A stretch of DNA of 64,000 nucleotides from Acutalibacter sp. GTDB lineage: Bacteria > Bacillota > Clostridia > Oscillospirales > Acutalibacteraceae. The notes under the pieces were generated by a model that was not told the origin of the DNA, ran no database searches, and saw only the letters and a list, made by a program, of their open reading frames with translations. A program made the translations under genes and the position numbers. The stretch lies in contig JAHHRN010000006.1 of NCBI GenBank assembly GCA_020025775.1, positions 55,475 to 119,474 on the forward strand, read 5' to 3'. Below are positions 50,780-59,120 of the stretch, piece by piece; position 1 is the first letter of the stretch; the number at the start of each line of letters is the position of its first letter.

Positions 50780-50938
50780 GGTGGTTTTCCTCCTGTTTTC
50801 GCTGGATTCTTTATAATGGTACAGTTCTCTTTCCGCCTTGTCAAGCAGTTTTGCTCCACAAGCCTCATTTCTGCACTTATTTGACTATTTTTGTCTATTT
50901 TCTTCTGCATTTTTTGTCTTTTCTTCTCAATTTTCCGG

Positions 50939-50967
50939 TTGAAATTTTTGGAAAGCTATGCTATAAT
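50939..50967 (+). promoter_or_regulatory. Candidate sigma-A promoter of the SDR gene
   Basis: TTGAAA (50939-50944), a 17-nt spacer, then TATAAT (50962-50967). The 88-nt leader contains a hairpin ACGGCAT-11 nt-ATGCCGT followed by GTTTTT (50991-51021). Confidence 0.5.
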
Positions 50968-51055
50968 TTAACGTGAACAGTAGCGAAATTACGGCATATC
51001 TTCGCAGGATGCCGTGTTTTTCTACGCTCACATGTAAATTTACGGAGGTAGATGT

Positions 51056-52075
51056 ATGAAAGTATTTATGATTGGCGGTACAGGCCTTCTTGGCTGTGAA
51101 GCTGCTAGAATCCTCATTGAAAGAGGTCATGAAGTTAAGAGCGTTGCTCTTCCGCCCCTTCCGGAAGGTGCTCCCATCCCGAAAGAAATGGATATCGTTT
51201 TTGGTGATATCAATAAGAGATCTGATGAAGAAATCAAAGAAATGCTTGCAGGCTGCGACTGCTTCATCTTTGCTGCTGGTGTTGACGAAAGAGTTGAATT
51301 CCCGGCTCCCGTTTACGACGCTTACTACAAGTTCAATATCGCTCCTCTCGAGCGTATGCTTCCCCTTTGCAAAGAAGCTGGCATAAAGCGTGCAGTTGTT
51401 CTTGGTTCTTACTTCAGCTGGATTGCAAAAGATCGCAAGGACATGCCGATTTGCGAGCGCAACCCCTACATCAGAAGCAGAATCGACCAGGAAAAGGTTT
51501 GCGAAAAGTATGCTGACGACAACTTCGATGTTTCCGTTTTGGAACTCCCCTACATCTTCGGCACACAGCCCGGCAGACGTCCTGTTTGGGTTATCCTTAT
51601 CGAGCAGATCGCATTCATGGACAAGTGGCCCTTCACCATGTATCCGAAGGGTGGTACTGCAATGCTTACCGCTCGTCAGGTTGGCGAAGCTATTGCCGGT
51701 GCTGCTGAAAAGAAAGTTGGCGGCTTTAAGGCTTGGAGAATTGGTATGTACAACATGACTTGGAACGAATTCCTTGGCATTGTTTACGAAGCACGCGGCA
51801 TGAAGGGTAGAAAAATCCTCGGCGTTGCACCTTGGATGATGAAAATGGGTATGAAGAAGGCTGTTAAGGACTACGCTGAGCGTGGTATTGACGGCGGTAT
51901 CGATCCGATGTATCTTCCTTACCTCATGGATATTAACATCTTTACCTCCGACAGCGACTGCCGTGAGCTCGGTGTTACCGACGACGACATCCGTATGGCT
52001 ATCTTCGACTCCATCAAGGTTAGTGAAGATGCTTACAACGGCAAGGTTAAGCTTCTTGAAATGAAGAGCGAATAA
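51056..52075 (+). CDS. NAD(P)-dependent epimerase/dehydratase-family (extended SDR) protein
   Basis: MKVFMIGGTGLLGCEAARILIERGHEV (GxxGxxG Rossmann). GGAGG RBS. Terminator follows. The antisense 402-aa ORF is rejected. Confidence 0.8.
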   Translation: MKVFMIGGTGLLGCEAARILIERGHEVKSVALPPLPEGAPIPKEMDIVFGDINKRSDEEIKEMLAGCDCFIFAAGVDERVEFPAPVYDAYYKFNIAPLERMLPLCKEAGIKRAVVLGSYFSWIAKDRKDMPICERNPYIRSRIDQEKVCEKYADDNFDVSVLELPYIFGTQPGRRPVWVILIEQIAFMDKWPFTMYPKGGTAMLTARQVGEAIAGAAEKKVGGFKAWRIGMYNMTWNEFLGIVYEARGMKGRKILGVAPWMMKMGMKKAVKDYAERGIDGGIDPMYLPYLMDINIFTSDSDCRELGVTDDDIRMAIFDSIKVSEDAYNGKVKLLEMKSE

Positions 52076-52110
52076 TTCATTTATTCCATTTTCATTGAAA
52101 CGAACATAAG

Positions 52111-52146
52111 AAAAGCGATGATACTTTTGTATCATCGCTTTTTTAT
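52111..52146 (+). terminator. Intrinsic terminator
   Basis: AAGCGATGATAC-TTTT-GTATCATCGCTT followed by TTTTAT. Confidence 0.8.
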
Positions 52147-52174
52147 TTGTCTGTAGCTGTTACATGGAACAAGC

Positions 52175-52213
52175 TAAAAAAAGACCGAAAGGCTTTTCGC
52201 TTTTCGGTCTTTT
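52175..52213 (-). terminator. Intrinsic terminator after the ABC ATPase gene
   Basis: Minus strand reads AAAGACCGAAAAGCGAAAAGCCTTTCGGTCTTTTTTT. Confidence 0.65.
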
Positions 52214-52250
52214 AAACATGGTGTCAGATGATAGCTGGCACGTTTTCGCC

Positions 52251-53048
52251 TTACGCATGCAGCATGGCGTTTAAGAAATCTTTAAGTCTTTGGGTCTGCG
52301 GATTGGTAAAGAGCTCTTCGGGGTCACCCTTTTCGGCAATAACGCCGTTATCCATGAACACGACCTCGTCGGAAACTTCTCTGGCAAAGCCCATTTCGTG
52401 GGTAACGATGAGCATCGTTCTGCCCTCGTCTGCAAGACCTTGGATAACGTTTAAAACTTCGCCCGTGATTTCGGGGTCAAGTGCAGAGGTTGGCTCGTCA
52501 AAGCAGAGTACCTGCGGAGAGAGCATCAAGGCTCTGGCAATGGCTACACGCTGTTGCTGACCGCCGGAAAGCTCAAAGGGATAGTTGCCCATTTTATCCT
52601 TTAAGCCAACGCTTTTCAGAATCTCTTTTGCTTCTACTTCGATTTGTGCAAGCGCATCTTTCAGCTCTGCACGAGAAGCTTTTTTCTTTTTCATATCCTC
52701 TTTGACCAGCAATTCCTTTGCGAGCGTTACGTTGCGAAGCACGGTGTACTGCGGAAAAAGATTAAAGTTTTGGAAAACAAGTCCTGTGGAAAGCTGATTG
52801 AGTCTTTTTTCCTCGGGGCTTAATTTTTCTTTGCGGTCGCCGTCATAAATTACACGGTCACCCACAGTGATTTTGCCGCTGTCAGCGATTTCAAGGCCGG
52901 TAATGCAGCGCAAAAGTGTCGTCTTACCGCTGCCGGAAGAGCCGATAATGGAAATAACCTTCCCCTGCTCCAGTTCGAAATCAATACCTTTTAAAACCTT
53001 GTTTTTGCCAAAGCTTTTGCATATATTTTTTACTTCTAATACTGCCAT
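52251..53048 (-). CDS. Amino-acid ABC transporter ATP-binding protein
   Basis: GSSGSGKTTLLRC, LSGGQQQRVAIARAL, LCFDEPTSALD, typical of the polar-amino-acid (GlnQ/HisP) type. Confidence 0.9.
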   Translation of the reverse strand: MAVLEVKNICKSFGKNKVLKGIDFELEQGKVISIIGSSGSGKTTLLRCITGLEIADSGKITVGDRVIYDGDRKEKLSPEEKRLNQLSTGLVFQNFNLFPQYTVLRNVTLAKELLVKEDMKKKKASRAELKDALAQIEVEAKEILKSVGLKDKMGNYPFELSGGQQQRVAIARALMLSPQVLCFDEPTSALDPEITGEVLNVIQGLADEGRTMLIVTHEMGFAREVSDEVVFMDNGVIAEKGDPEELFTNPQTQRLKDFLNAMLHA

Positions 53049-53052
53049 TTTC

Positions 53053-53748
53053 TTATCCTCTGAAATAGTCTAATTTCTTTTCAATATAGCCGAATAAAAG
53101 GGTTAAAAGTCCGTTGAAGATGAGATAGAACACACCGGTGTAGAAGAGCGGCCACAAAAGACCGTCGGACTTAATGAACGCCTGTCCTGCCCAAATGATT
53201 TCGTAAACCGAAATAATTCTTGCCAAAGAGGTATCTTTTACAAGGGTAATAATTTCATTGCTCATCGGCGGGATGATGCGTTTGATAACCTGTAAGAGGA
53301 CGATTTTAAAGAACACCTGTGTTTTGGTCATGCCGAGCACTTGTCCGGCTTCATACTGTCCTTTCGGAATAGCTTCGATACCGCCGCGATAGATTTCGGA
53401 GAAATAGCAGGCATAGTTGATTACGAAGGCCACCATGACAGCTACAAAACGGTCAAAGGAACGCCAGGTTGCAAGCCAAAGGATGAAACCGTTGTCGGAA
53501 TGGAGGGATTCCGCCCAAGTTCCTATAAGACCCGGACCATAGAAAATCACGATAAGTTGGAGCATCAAAGGCGTACCTCTGACAACCCAAATCAAGGCTT
53601 TTGTGAGCCATTTAATCGGAGAAACGCGGCTCATAGAGCCAAAGCTTAAAAGCAATCCCAACGGGAGTGCAAACAGGAGGGTTAAAACAAAAATTTCGAG
53701 TGTTTTACCGAAGCCCTGTAAAAGACTTAATGTAACTGTCCAAAACAT
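53053..53748 (-). CDS. Amino-acid ABC transporter permease (HisMQ/GlnP family)
   Basis: 231 aa. EAA-like loop ...EIYRGGIEAIPKGQYEAGQVLGMTK.... Confidence 0.85.
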   Translation of the reverse strand: MFWTVTLSLLQGFGKTLEIFVLTLLFALPLGLLLSFGSMSRVSPIKWLTKALIWVVRGTPLMLQLIVIFYGPGLIGTWAESLHSDNGFILWLATWRSFDRFVAVMVAFVINYACYFSEIYRGGIEAIPKGQYEAGQVLGMTKTQVFFKIVLLQVIKRIIPPMSNEIITLVKDTSLARIISVYEIIWAGQAFIKSDGLLWPLFYTGVFYLIFNGLLTLLFGYIEKKLDYFRG

Positions 53749-53832
53749 AAACTAAATTGCCTTTCTTTTTTCACACGAAAGCGGCAGGGCGCAATTTTTT
53801 CGTCCTGCCACTCTCCTTTTTTAATTATACAC

Positions 53833-54633
53833 TTATTTTACCAACACAACGTTATATTTTTCTGCAAGCTTTTCGAGAGTACCGTCAGCCTTGAGTTCTT
53901 CGGTGATTCGGTCGATTTCTGCAGGTAAATCAGAGCCCTTTCTGCAAGCGACACCGAATTCTTCCTGAGAAAGCTCTAAAGCAATCGCAAAGTTTTCGTA
54001 GCTCTTGCCTTCACCGGTTACTGCATTTGCCATGGTAAGGTCGATAATGCAGGCATCTGCTGTACCGCTCTTTACTTCCAAAAGGGTTGCTGCCTGATCT
54101 TCAACGGCGATTACATTTTCAAGGCCGTTATCTGCTGCAGCAGCCTGACCTGCAGAGCCATCTTCTACAGCGAACTTAAGGTCTTTCATGCTTTCGGCTG
54201 TCTTGTACTGCTCTACCTTATCCTTAGCCATTACAACAACCTGTGCATTTCTGGCATATGCTTTGGTAAGGCTTGCGTTGAGCTTTGCGGTCTCATCAAT
54301 GGTAAGGCCGTTCCAAGCGCAGTCAAAGGTCTTGGCTTTGATTTCGTTGTACTTTTCGCCCCAGTTTGCTGCTACAACAAATTCCGGTTTAACACCGAGC
54401 TTTGCGCAAACAGCTTCTGCATATTCTGTATCGAAGCCGATCCACTTGTTGTTTTCATCTTTGTAGTTCATCGGTTCATAATCGGTAATACCGATAATCA
54501 AGGTACCTTTTTCTTTGATGTATTCGAGGTCACTCTTGGGTGCTTCTTTTTTGCCGCAGGCCGCAAAACTGCAAACCAGCAAAACTGCCGCTAAAACTAC
54601 ACCTGCAATGCCCATGATTTTGTTCTTTTTCAT
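53833..54633 (-). CDS. Amino-acid ABC transporter substrate-binding lipoprotein
   Basis: MKKNKIMGIAGVVLAAVLLVCSFAACG lipobox. Family-3 SBP pattern (GFDTEYAEAV...). ATG 54633 with a GGAGGG RBS; the ORF-track start at 54717 is unlikely. Confidence 0.85.
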   Translation of the reverse strand: MKKNKIMGIAGVVLAAVLLVCSFAACGKKEAPKSDLEYIKEKGTLIIGITDYEPMNYKDENNKWIGFDTEYAEAVCAKLGVKPEFVVAANWGEKYNEIKAKTFDCAWNGLTIDETAKLNASLTKAYARNAQVVVMAKDKVEQYKTAESMKDLKFAVEDGSAGQAAAADNGLENVIAVEDQAATLLEVKSGTADACIIDLTMANAVTGEGKSYENFAIALELSQEEFGVACRKGSDLPAEIDRITEELKADGTLEKLAEKYNVVLVK

Positions 54634-54684
54634 ATTCTTTCCCTCCGCGTTTATTTTAGTGTGGTAAAGTGGTAATGTGCTATT

Positions 54685-54713
54685 ATAATAGCATGGTAAA
54701 TCGCTAATGTCAA
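54685..54713 (-). promoter_or_regulatory. Candidate promoter of the amino-acid ABC operon
   Basis: Minus strand reads TTGACA (54713-54708), a 17-nt spacer, then TATTAT (54690-54685). Confidence 0.45.
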
Positions 54714-54812
54714 GCACTTTTTTTAATTCTTTTTTGACTTTTGAGAGAAAGTGTTACTTTTTGTCAGAAATGTACGCTATATAAGGCTTCGTGGGGCTTT
54801 TGTTGTTGGAAA

Positions 54813-55571
54813 TCACGCTTTATTTTTGAGTTTTACGGCAGAGACTTCCTTGCGATTTTCTAAAAGCTCCGTGACTGTTACGAGCTGAAAGCCACGTTTA
54901 TGCAGCTCCGGAACGAGAATTTCCACCGCTTCGGCGGTTGGCACGAAGAGGTCATGCATCAAAATAATGTCGCCGTCTTTCACGTTTCGGAGTACCTTCT
55001 GCACGGTCTTTTGCGCATTTTGGTGACTCCAATCCATAGTATCCACCGACCAAAAAACAATCGGGCGTTCCTCCAAGCACAATAAATTTTCACTGTAAGC
55101 ACCGCCGGGCGGACGCACTAAGGTCGGATTTTGTCCGGTCACGGCACGAATGGCGTCATCCCCCTTTTGCAGTTGCTCCTGCACTTCACCGTCGGAAAGC
55201 CCACGTAAGGAAACATGAGCGTAGGTGTGATTGCCGATTTCTGAGCCGCTGTTTTGAATTTTCAAAAGCGTTTCTTCGCGTCCCTTAACGCGATCCCCTA
55301 CCACAAAAAAGGTAGCTCTACCGTGCACCTTGTCGAGCGCTTCTAAAATACGGCAGGTCGAAGGCGCATAAGGGCCGTCATCGAAGGTTAAAGCAATCAT
55401 CGGCTTTTTCGGGTCAATCGGCGTAACCGGTGCGGCACTGCTGGTTGCATCCCGAAAGAAATGCAGACTGCTGTCCATAAAGAACAGACTGTAAAGCAGA
55501 AAAACAAGACCAATCAGCACAAGACTCAGCCCAAACACCATAGTCCTATGCTGTTTCAATTTGATTACCAT
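54813..55571 (-). CDS. Polysaccharide deacetylase (CE4) with N-terminal membrane anchor
   Basis: TM helix MVFGLSLVLIGLVFLLYSLFF. ALTFDDGPY, ATFFVVGDRV, GNHTYAH, ILMHD. Confidence 0.85.
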   Translation of the reverse strand: MVIKLKQHRTMVFGLSLVLIGLVFLLYSLFFMDSSLHFFRDATSSAAPVTPIDPKKPMIALTFDDGPYAPSTCRILEALDKVHGRATFFVVGDRVKGREETLLKIQNSGSEIGNHTYAHVSLRGLSDGEVQEQLQKGDDAIRAVTGQNPTLVRPPGGAYSENLLCLEERPIVFWSVDTMDWSHQNAQKTVQKVLRNVKDGDIILMHDLFVPTAEAVEILVPELHKRGFQLVTVTELLENRKEVSAVKLKNKA

Positions 55572-55758
55572 AGCTCTCCCTCTTTAACACATTGGTTCTA
55601 CAGTATATGCCGAAAGCTTTTACTTCATGCCCTCGCCGATTTCTATACTATTATATAGGCCGCTTATTTCAAAAATTTTCGCACTTTTTCGACCTGTTTT
55701 CGGCAAGAGCGGTTGAAAGCTTTTTTAAAGTATGCTACACTAATTTCGGTGATGTACA

Positions 55759-56715
55759 TTGCAAAAAACAGAAAAATTTCTTCCGGTCAGCACAAAAATT
55801 CGTTCTTCCATTAAAAAACGGTTAGAAGACATCTTCGATGTCAGCTATGCCGTTTCGGAAATTCGTATAGATTCGCTCGAGGTCTTTGATGAACTGATTT
55901 ATCAACCGTTTTTGCATCCGAGCGAACCGATTTATTACCGCGGTGAGCGTAAAAACGATATAAACCGCCGCCTTGTGCCGACGCTTCTTCGAAACACCGA
56001 TTATTTTCGGAACAATTTAACAGACGCGATTTCGACGGTCGACAGCAAAAAGCTGTTTGCCTTTTACGAAGAAAACGACGTTTTCATGCGCGTTTTCAAG
56101 GCTCTTTACGGCGAACCGTCTTATAAAAATATGTATGCCATGCTCGCCTTTGCGCAGCATTATTTGGATATGAGCCCATTTATTGATTTTACCAAAAGTC
56201 TGTTTGTTGCCCTCTCTTTCGCGATGAAAGGCAAAACAGAATTTACGGAGGACATTGTGCTCTATACGGCAGTAGACATCGGCGATGACGATTCCACACA
56301 AGACGTAGAAGAAGTGAACGAGTGGATTTGCAACTACCGTGTCCATATTTTCAAAAGCGATTTAGCGGAGGCAACTACGAAGCGTTATAGCGAAACGCCG
56401 CCCTCGGCGGATGCCCTGCTCAACGATTTCAAACGCTTTCAGCAGGTGCTCAACAACATGTCCCCCACGGCGAAGCTCATTGATATTCCGACCAATGACT
56501 TGATGCGTTATCAGCAAGGTGTTTTTCTGCTTTTAAACAATTTCAGCCTGATTGATTCAAGCTATTTAACCAAGGCGGTGCGTCAAAGCTTCGTCATTAA
56601 CAAATATATTATCCACAAAGACCTTTGTCCGCATTTGCAGGAATTTCTTTTAAAAGAAGCCCCGCAGTGCCGCTACGAATATCTTTTGGATATTAAAGAA
56701 GCCTTAAAGGGCTGA
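55759..56715 (+). CDS. FRG-domain protein (function unknown)
   Basis: IYYRGER ((F/Y)RG motif) followed by LAFAQHYLDMSPFIDFTKSLFVALSFA, the FRG-domain (PF08867) hallmark as I recall it. There is no in-frame ATG for ~110 codons; TTG 55759 with a weak GGTGA SD. Confidence 0.6.
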   Translation: MQKTEKFLPVSTKIRSSIKKRLEDIFDVSYAVSEIRIDSLEVFDELIYQPFLHPSEPIYYRGERKNDINRRLVPTLLRNTDYFRNNLTDAISTVDSKKLFAFYEENDVFMRVFKALYGEPSYKNMYAMLAFAQHYLDMSPFIDFTKSLFVALSFAMKGKTEFTEDIVLYTAVDIGDDDSTQDVEEVNEWICNYRVHIFKSDLAEATTKRYSETPPSADALLNDFKRFQQVLNNMSPTAKLIDIPTNDLMRYQQGVFLLLNNFSLIDSSYLTKAVRQSFVINKYIIHKDLCPHLQEFLLKEAPQCRYEYLLDIKEALKG

Positions 56716-56727
56716 ATCCTATTATAA

Positions 56728-56768
56728 AAGAACTGCTTTACAAGATTTGTAAGGCAGTTTTCTTTTTA
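56728..56768 (+). terminator. Intrinsic terminator after the FRG gene
   Basis: AACTGCTTTACA-AGAT-TTGTAAGGCAGTT followed by TTCTTTTTAT. Confidence 0.7.
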
Positions 56769-56775
56769 TAAAATT

Positions 56776-56791
56776 ACGTTATTCGTAACGT
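56776..56791. promoter_or_regulatory. Perfect 16-bp palindrome, candidate operator
   Basis: ACGTTA-TTCG-TAACGT, 60 nt upstream of the XRE start and just after the FRG terminator. Confidence 0.3.
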
Positions 56792-56851
56792 TCTTCCAAA
56801 ATGCGAGTATATGTTTTCACTTATGGTAAAATACATACAGAGGTAATTTGT

Positions 56852-57115
56852 ATGATTAAGAACCATTTATCCCGACTGCTCGGCGAGCGTCGCATGAGTC
56901 AAGCAAAGCTCGCCAGATTAACGGGAATCCGCCCTGCAACCATTAATGATATCTATCACGAAATGGCAGAGCGTATTTCTATCGAGCACATCGACAAAAT
57001 CTGCGAAGTGCTCCACTGTTCTGTTGCAGATTTGTTTGAATACATCCCCAACGCACAGCCCATCACCGGCAGTTATTTGATTGTGGAAGAACACGGTAAT
57101 CGAAAAGCGAAATAA
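56852..57115 (+). CDS. Small XRE (Cro/CI-type) HTH transcriptional regulator
   Basis: MIKNHLSRLLGERRMSQAKLARLTGIRPATINDIYHE...ICEVLHCSVADLFEY. AGAGG RBS before ATG 56852. Confidence 0.8.
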   Translation: MIKNHLSRLLGERRMSQAKLARLTGIRPATINDIYHEMAERISIEHIDKICEVLHCSVADLFEYIPNAQPITGSYLIVEEHGNRKAK

Positions 57116-57210
57116 AAAAAGGCTGTTCCTTTTTCGGCACGGTCTTGTTTTATTTTGCTTTTTACTTATTTTCATGCAAACATCTCAAAAAATATGAAAA
57201 GAGGGAGTTT

Positions 57211-59076
57211 ATGTACTTAATTCTCAGCGGCCTTTTGGCAGGTGCTGTCATCTGTCTTTTGGACATTTTCTTTTTTCTTAAAGAAAAGAAAGCCGCATCC
57301 ATCGTTCACATTGTTTTTCGCGATGTAATTTTCACTAACCTGCTCACCTTAGCTGTCAGCAAATACGTTTTCCACGTTGCGAACGTCTTTGCACCCAGTC
57401 TCCATCAACCCATCTACCCCTTAAAATATTTTGCACTTGCAGTTGTTTTAGGGTTGGTTTGGCTCTTTATCGACGGCATTTTAAGAGGCGTTTTGACCTT
57501 TGAATCTGATGCACCGAAGAAAAAGGGCGGCGCATGGACCATGCGTATTATTGCCGCAGTTTTATTTGCACTCGGTGTTGCCGCATTCACCGGTACTGAA
57601 TTCGGTTTAGAAGCCTTTAACGGTATTTCTCCGGACGAAATGCTCATTACCCTTATTTCCCCGATTACCGGTACAGGCAGCGATGTTATGACCCTTGCGA
57701 TTGAAGGTCCGTTCTTAAAAACAGCCTTCTGGACCGCTGTATTCTGCTTGATTGTATTCCCGAACCGTAAAATCGTATATCGCGGTAAAAAAGCCGTTAC
57801 CCTTGTAAACGGTTTTGCACGCCGTTTGGTTGCTTTGATTTTATCTGTTCTTCTTTTGGTCGGCGGCGTTGCTTTCGGCTATCAGAAATTACAGCTCGAC
57901 AAGCTTCGTTTGGCTTACACAGAGGATTCTCCCTTAGTAGAAGAAAACTATGTAAATCCGCGCGAAGTAAAAATGCAGTTCCCCGAAAAGAAGAGAAACC
58001 TTATTCATATCTATTTGGAATCTGTTGAGAACTCTTATCTTTCCAAAGAGCTCGGCGGTTACATGAGCGAAAACCTCATGCCTGAACTTACAGAGCTCAG
58101 CAAGGAAGGCGTAAACTTCTCTCACCTGCCGGATCGTAGCCAGCTCGGCGGCCCGACCACTATGTACGGTTGCACATGGTCTGTTGCCAGCATGGTAAAC
58201 CAAGGCTTCGGTATCCCGATGAAAGTGCCGATGGACGGCAACTCCTACGGTACACCCGGCAACTTTATGCCCGGCGCTGTTTCTATGGGCGACATTTTAA
58301 AACAGCAGGGCTATGTTCAGGAAGTTATGTTCGGCGCTGACGCTGACTTCGGCGGTTTGACCTATTACTATCAAACCCACGGTGACTTCAAAATCTTCGA
58401 CTATAAATATGCCAAAGACGAAGGCTTTATTCCGAAGGATTATTATGAATGGTGGGGCTTTGAAGACGATAAGCTCTATGAGTTCGCAAAGCAGGAAATC
58501 ACCCGTCTTTACGAGACCGGCAAGCCCTTCAACTTCACCATGGAAAATGCAGACACCCACTTCCCGAACGGTTATTTAAGCCCCGGCGTTCAGAACAAAT
58601 ATGAGAGCCAGTATGCAAACGTTGTTGCTTACAGTACCTCTCAGGTTGTAGAATTTGTTCGTTGGATTCAGGCACAGCCGTTCTATGAGAACACCACGAT
58701 TGTTTTAATCGGTGACCATCCGAGCATGGACAAAGAGTTCTTCAAAGACTTCGACCGTTCCTATCAGCGTACAACCTTCAACTTAATTTTGAATCCGGCA
58801 CCCAGCGTTGCAAATACACCGGTTGAGCGCACTTACAACCGTGTTTGGAACAACTTTGACTTCTTACCGACCATTCTTTCCGCACTCGGTGTAAAGATTG
58901 AAGGCGAGCGTTTGGCACTCGGTACCAACCTCTTCTCCAATGAACCGACACTCTGTGAAAGAGTCGGCTACGGTATTGTTTACGATGAATTTGTAAAGCG
59001 TAGTTCTTTCTATAACGAAAACTTCTTGCTTGGCAAATACAAAGAATTTGAAGGCGACAACGTAACCACTTATTAA
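57211..59076 (+). CDS. LTA-synthase-family (sulfatase-fold) membrane protein
   Basis: N-terminal multi-TM region, then an extracellular alkaline-phosphatase/sulfatase-fold domain (LIHIYLESVEN..., VLIGDHPSM). GAGGGA RBS before ATG 57211. Confidence 0.75.
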   Translation: MYLILSGLLAGAVICLLDIFFFLKEKKAASIVHIVFRDVIFTNLLTLAVSKYVFHVANVFAPSLHQPIYPLKYFALAVVLGLVWLFIDGILRGVLTFESDAPKKKGGAWTMRIIAAVLFALGVAAFTGTEFGLEAFNGISPDEMLITLISPITGTGSDVMTLAIEGPFLKTAFWTAVFCLIVFPNRKIVYRGKKAVTLVNGFARRLVALILSVLLLVGGVAFGYQKLQLDKLRLAYTEDSPLVEENYVNPREVKMQFPEKKRNLIHIYLESVENSYLSKELGGYMSENLMPELTELSKEGVNFSHLPDRSQLGGPTTMYGCTWSVASMVNQGFGIPMKVPMDGNSYGTPGNFMPGAVSMGDILKQQGYVQEVMFGADADFGGLTYYYQTHGDFKIFDYKYAKDEGFIPKDYYEWWGFEDDKLYEFAKQEITRLYETGKPFNFTMENADTHFPNGYLSPGVQNKYESQYANVVAYSTSQVVEFVRWIQAQPFYENTTIVLIGDHPSMDKEFFKDFDRSYQRTTFNLILNPAPSVANTPVERTYNRVWNNFDFLPTILSALGVKIEGERLALGTNLFSNEPTLCERVGYGIVYDEFVKRSSFYNENFLLGKYKEFEGDNVTTY

Positions 59077-59080
59077 ACAC

Positions 59081-59120
59081 AAAACAGCCCGTGACGCAAA
59101 AAGTCACGGGCTGTTTCTTT
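59081..59120. terminator. Bidirectional terminator
   Basis: AACAGCCCGTGAC-GCAAAAA-GTCACGGGCTGTT followed by TCTTTTT. Confidence 0.85.

Noticed and set aside
50927-52135. 402-aa ORF on the minus strand covering the whole SDR gene
   Set aside because: Its translation is low-complexity, with no motifs, no RBS and no sensible start context. The plus-strand frame has a clear Rossmann GxxGxxG N-terminus, an RBS, a promoter and a terminator. The long antisense frame is a stop-codon-free shadow of biased codon usage.
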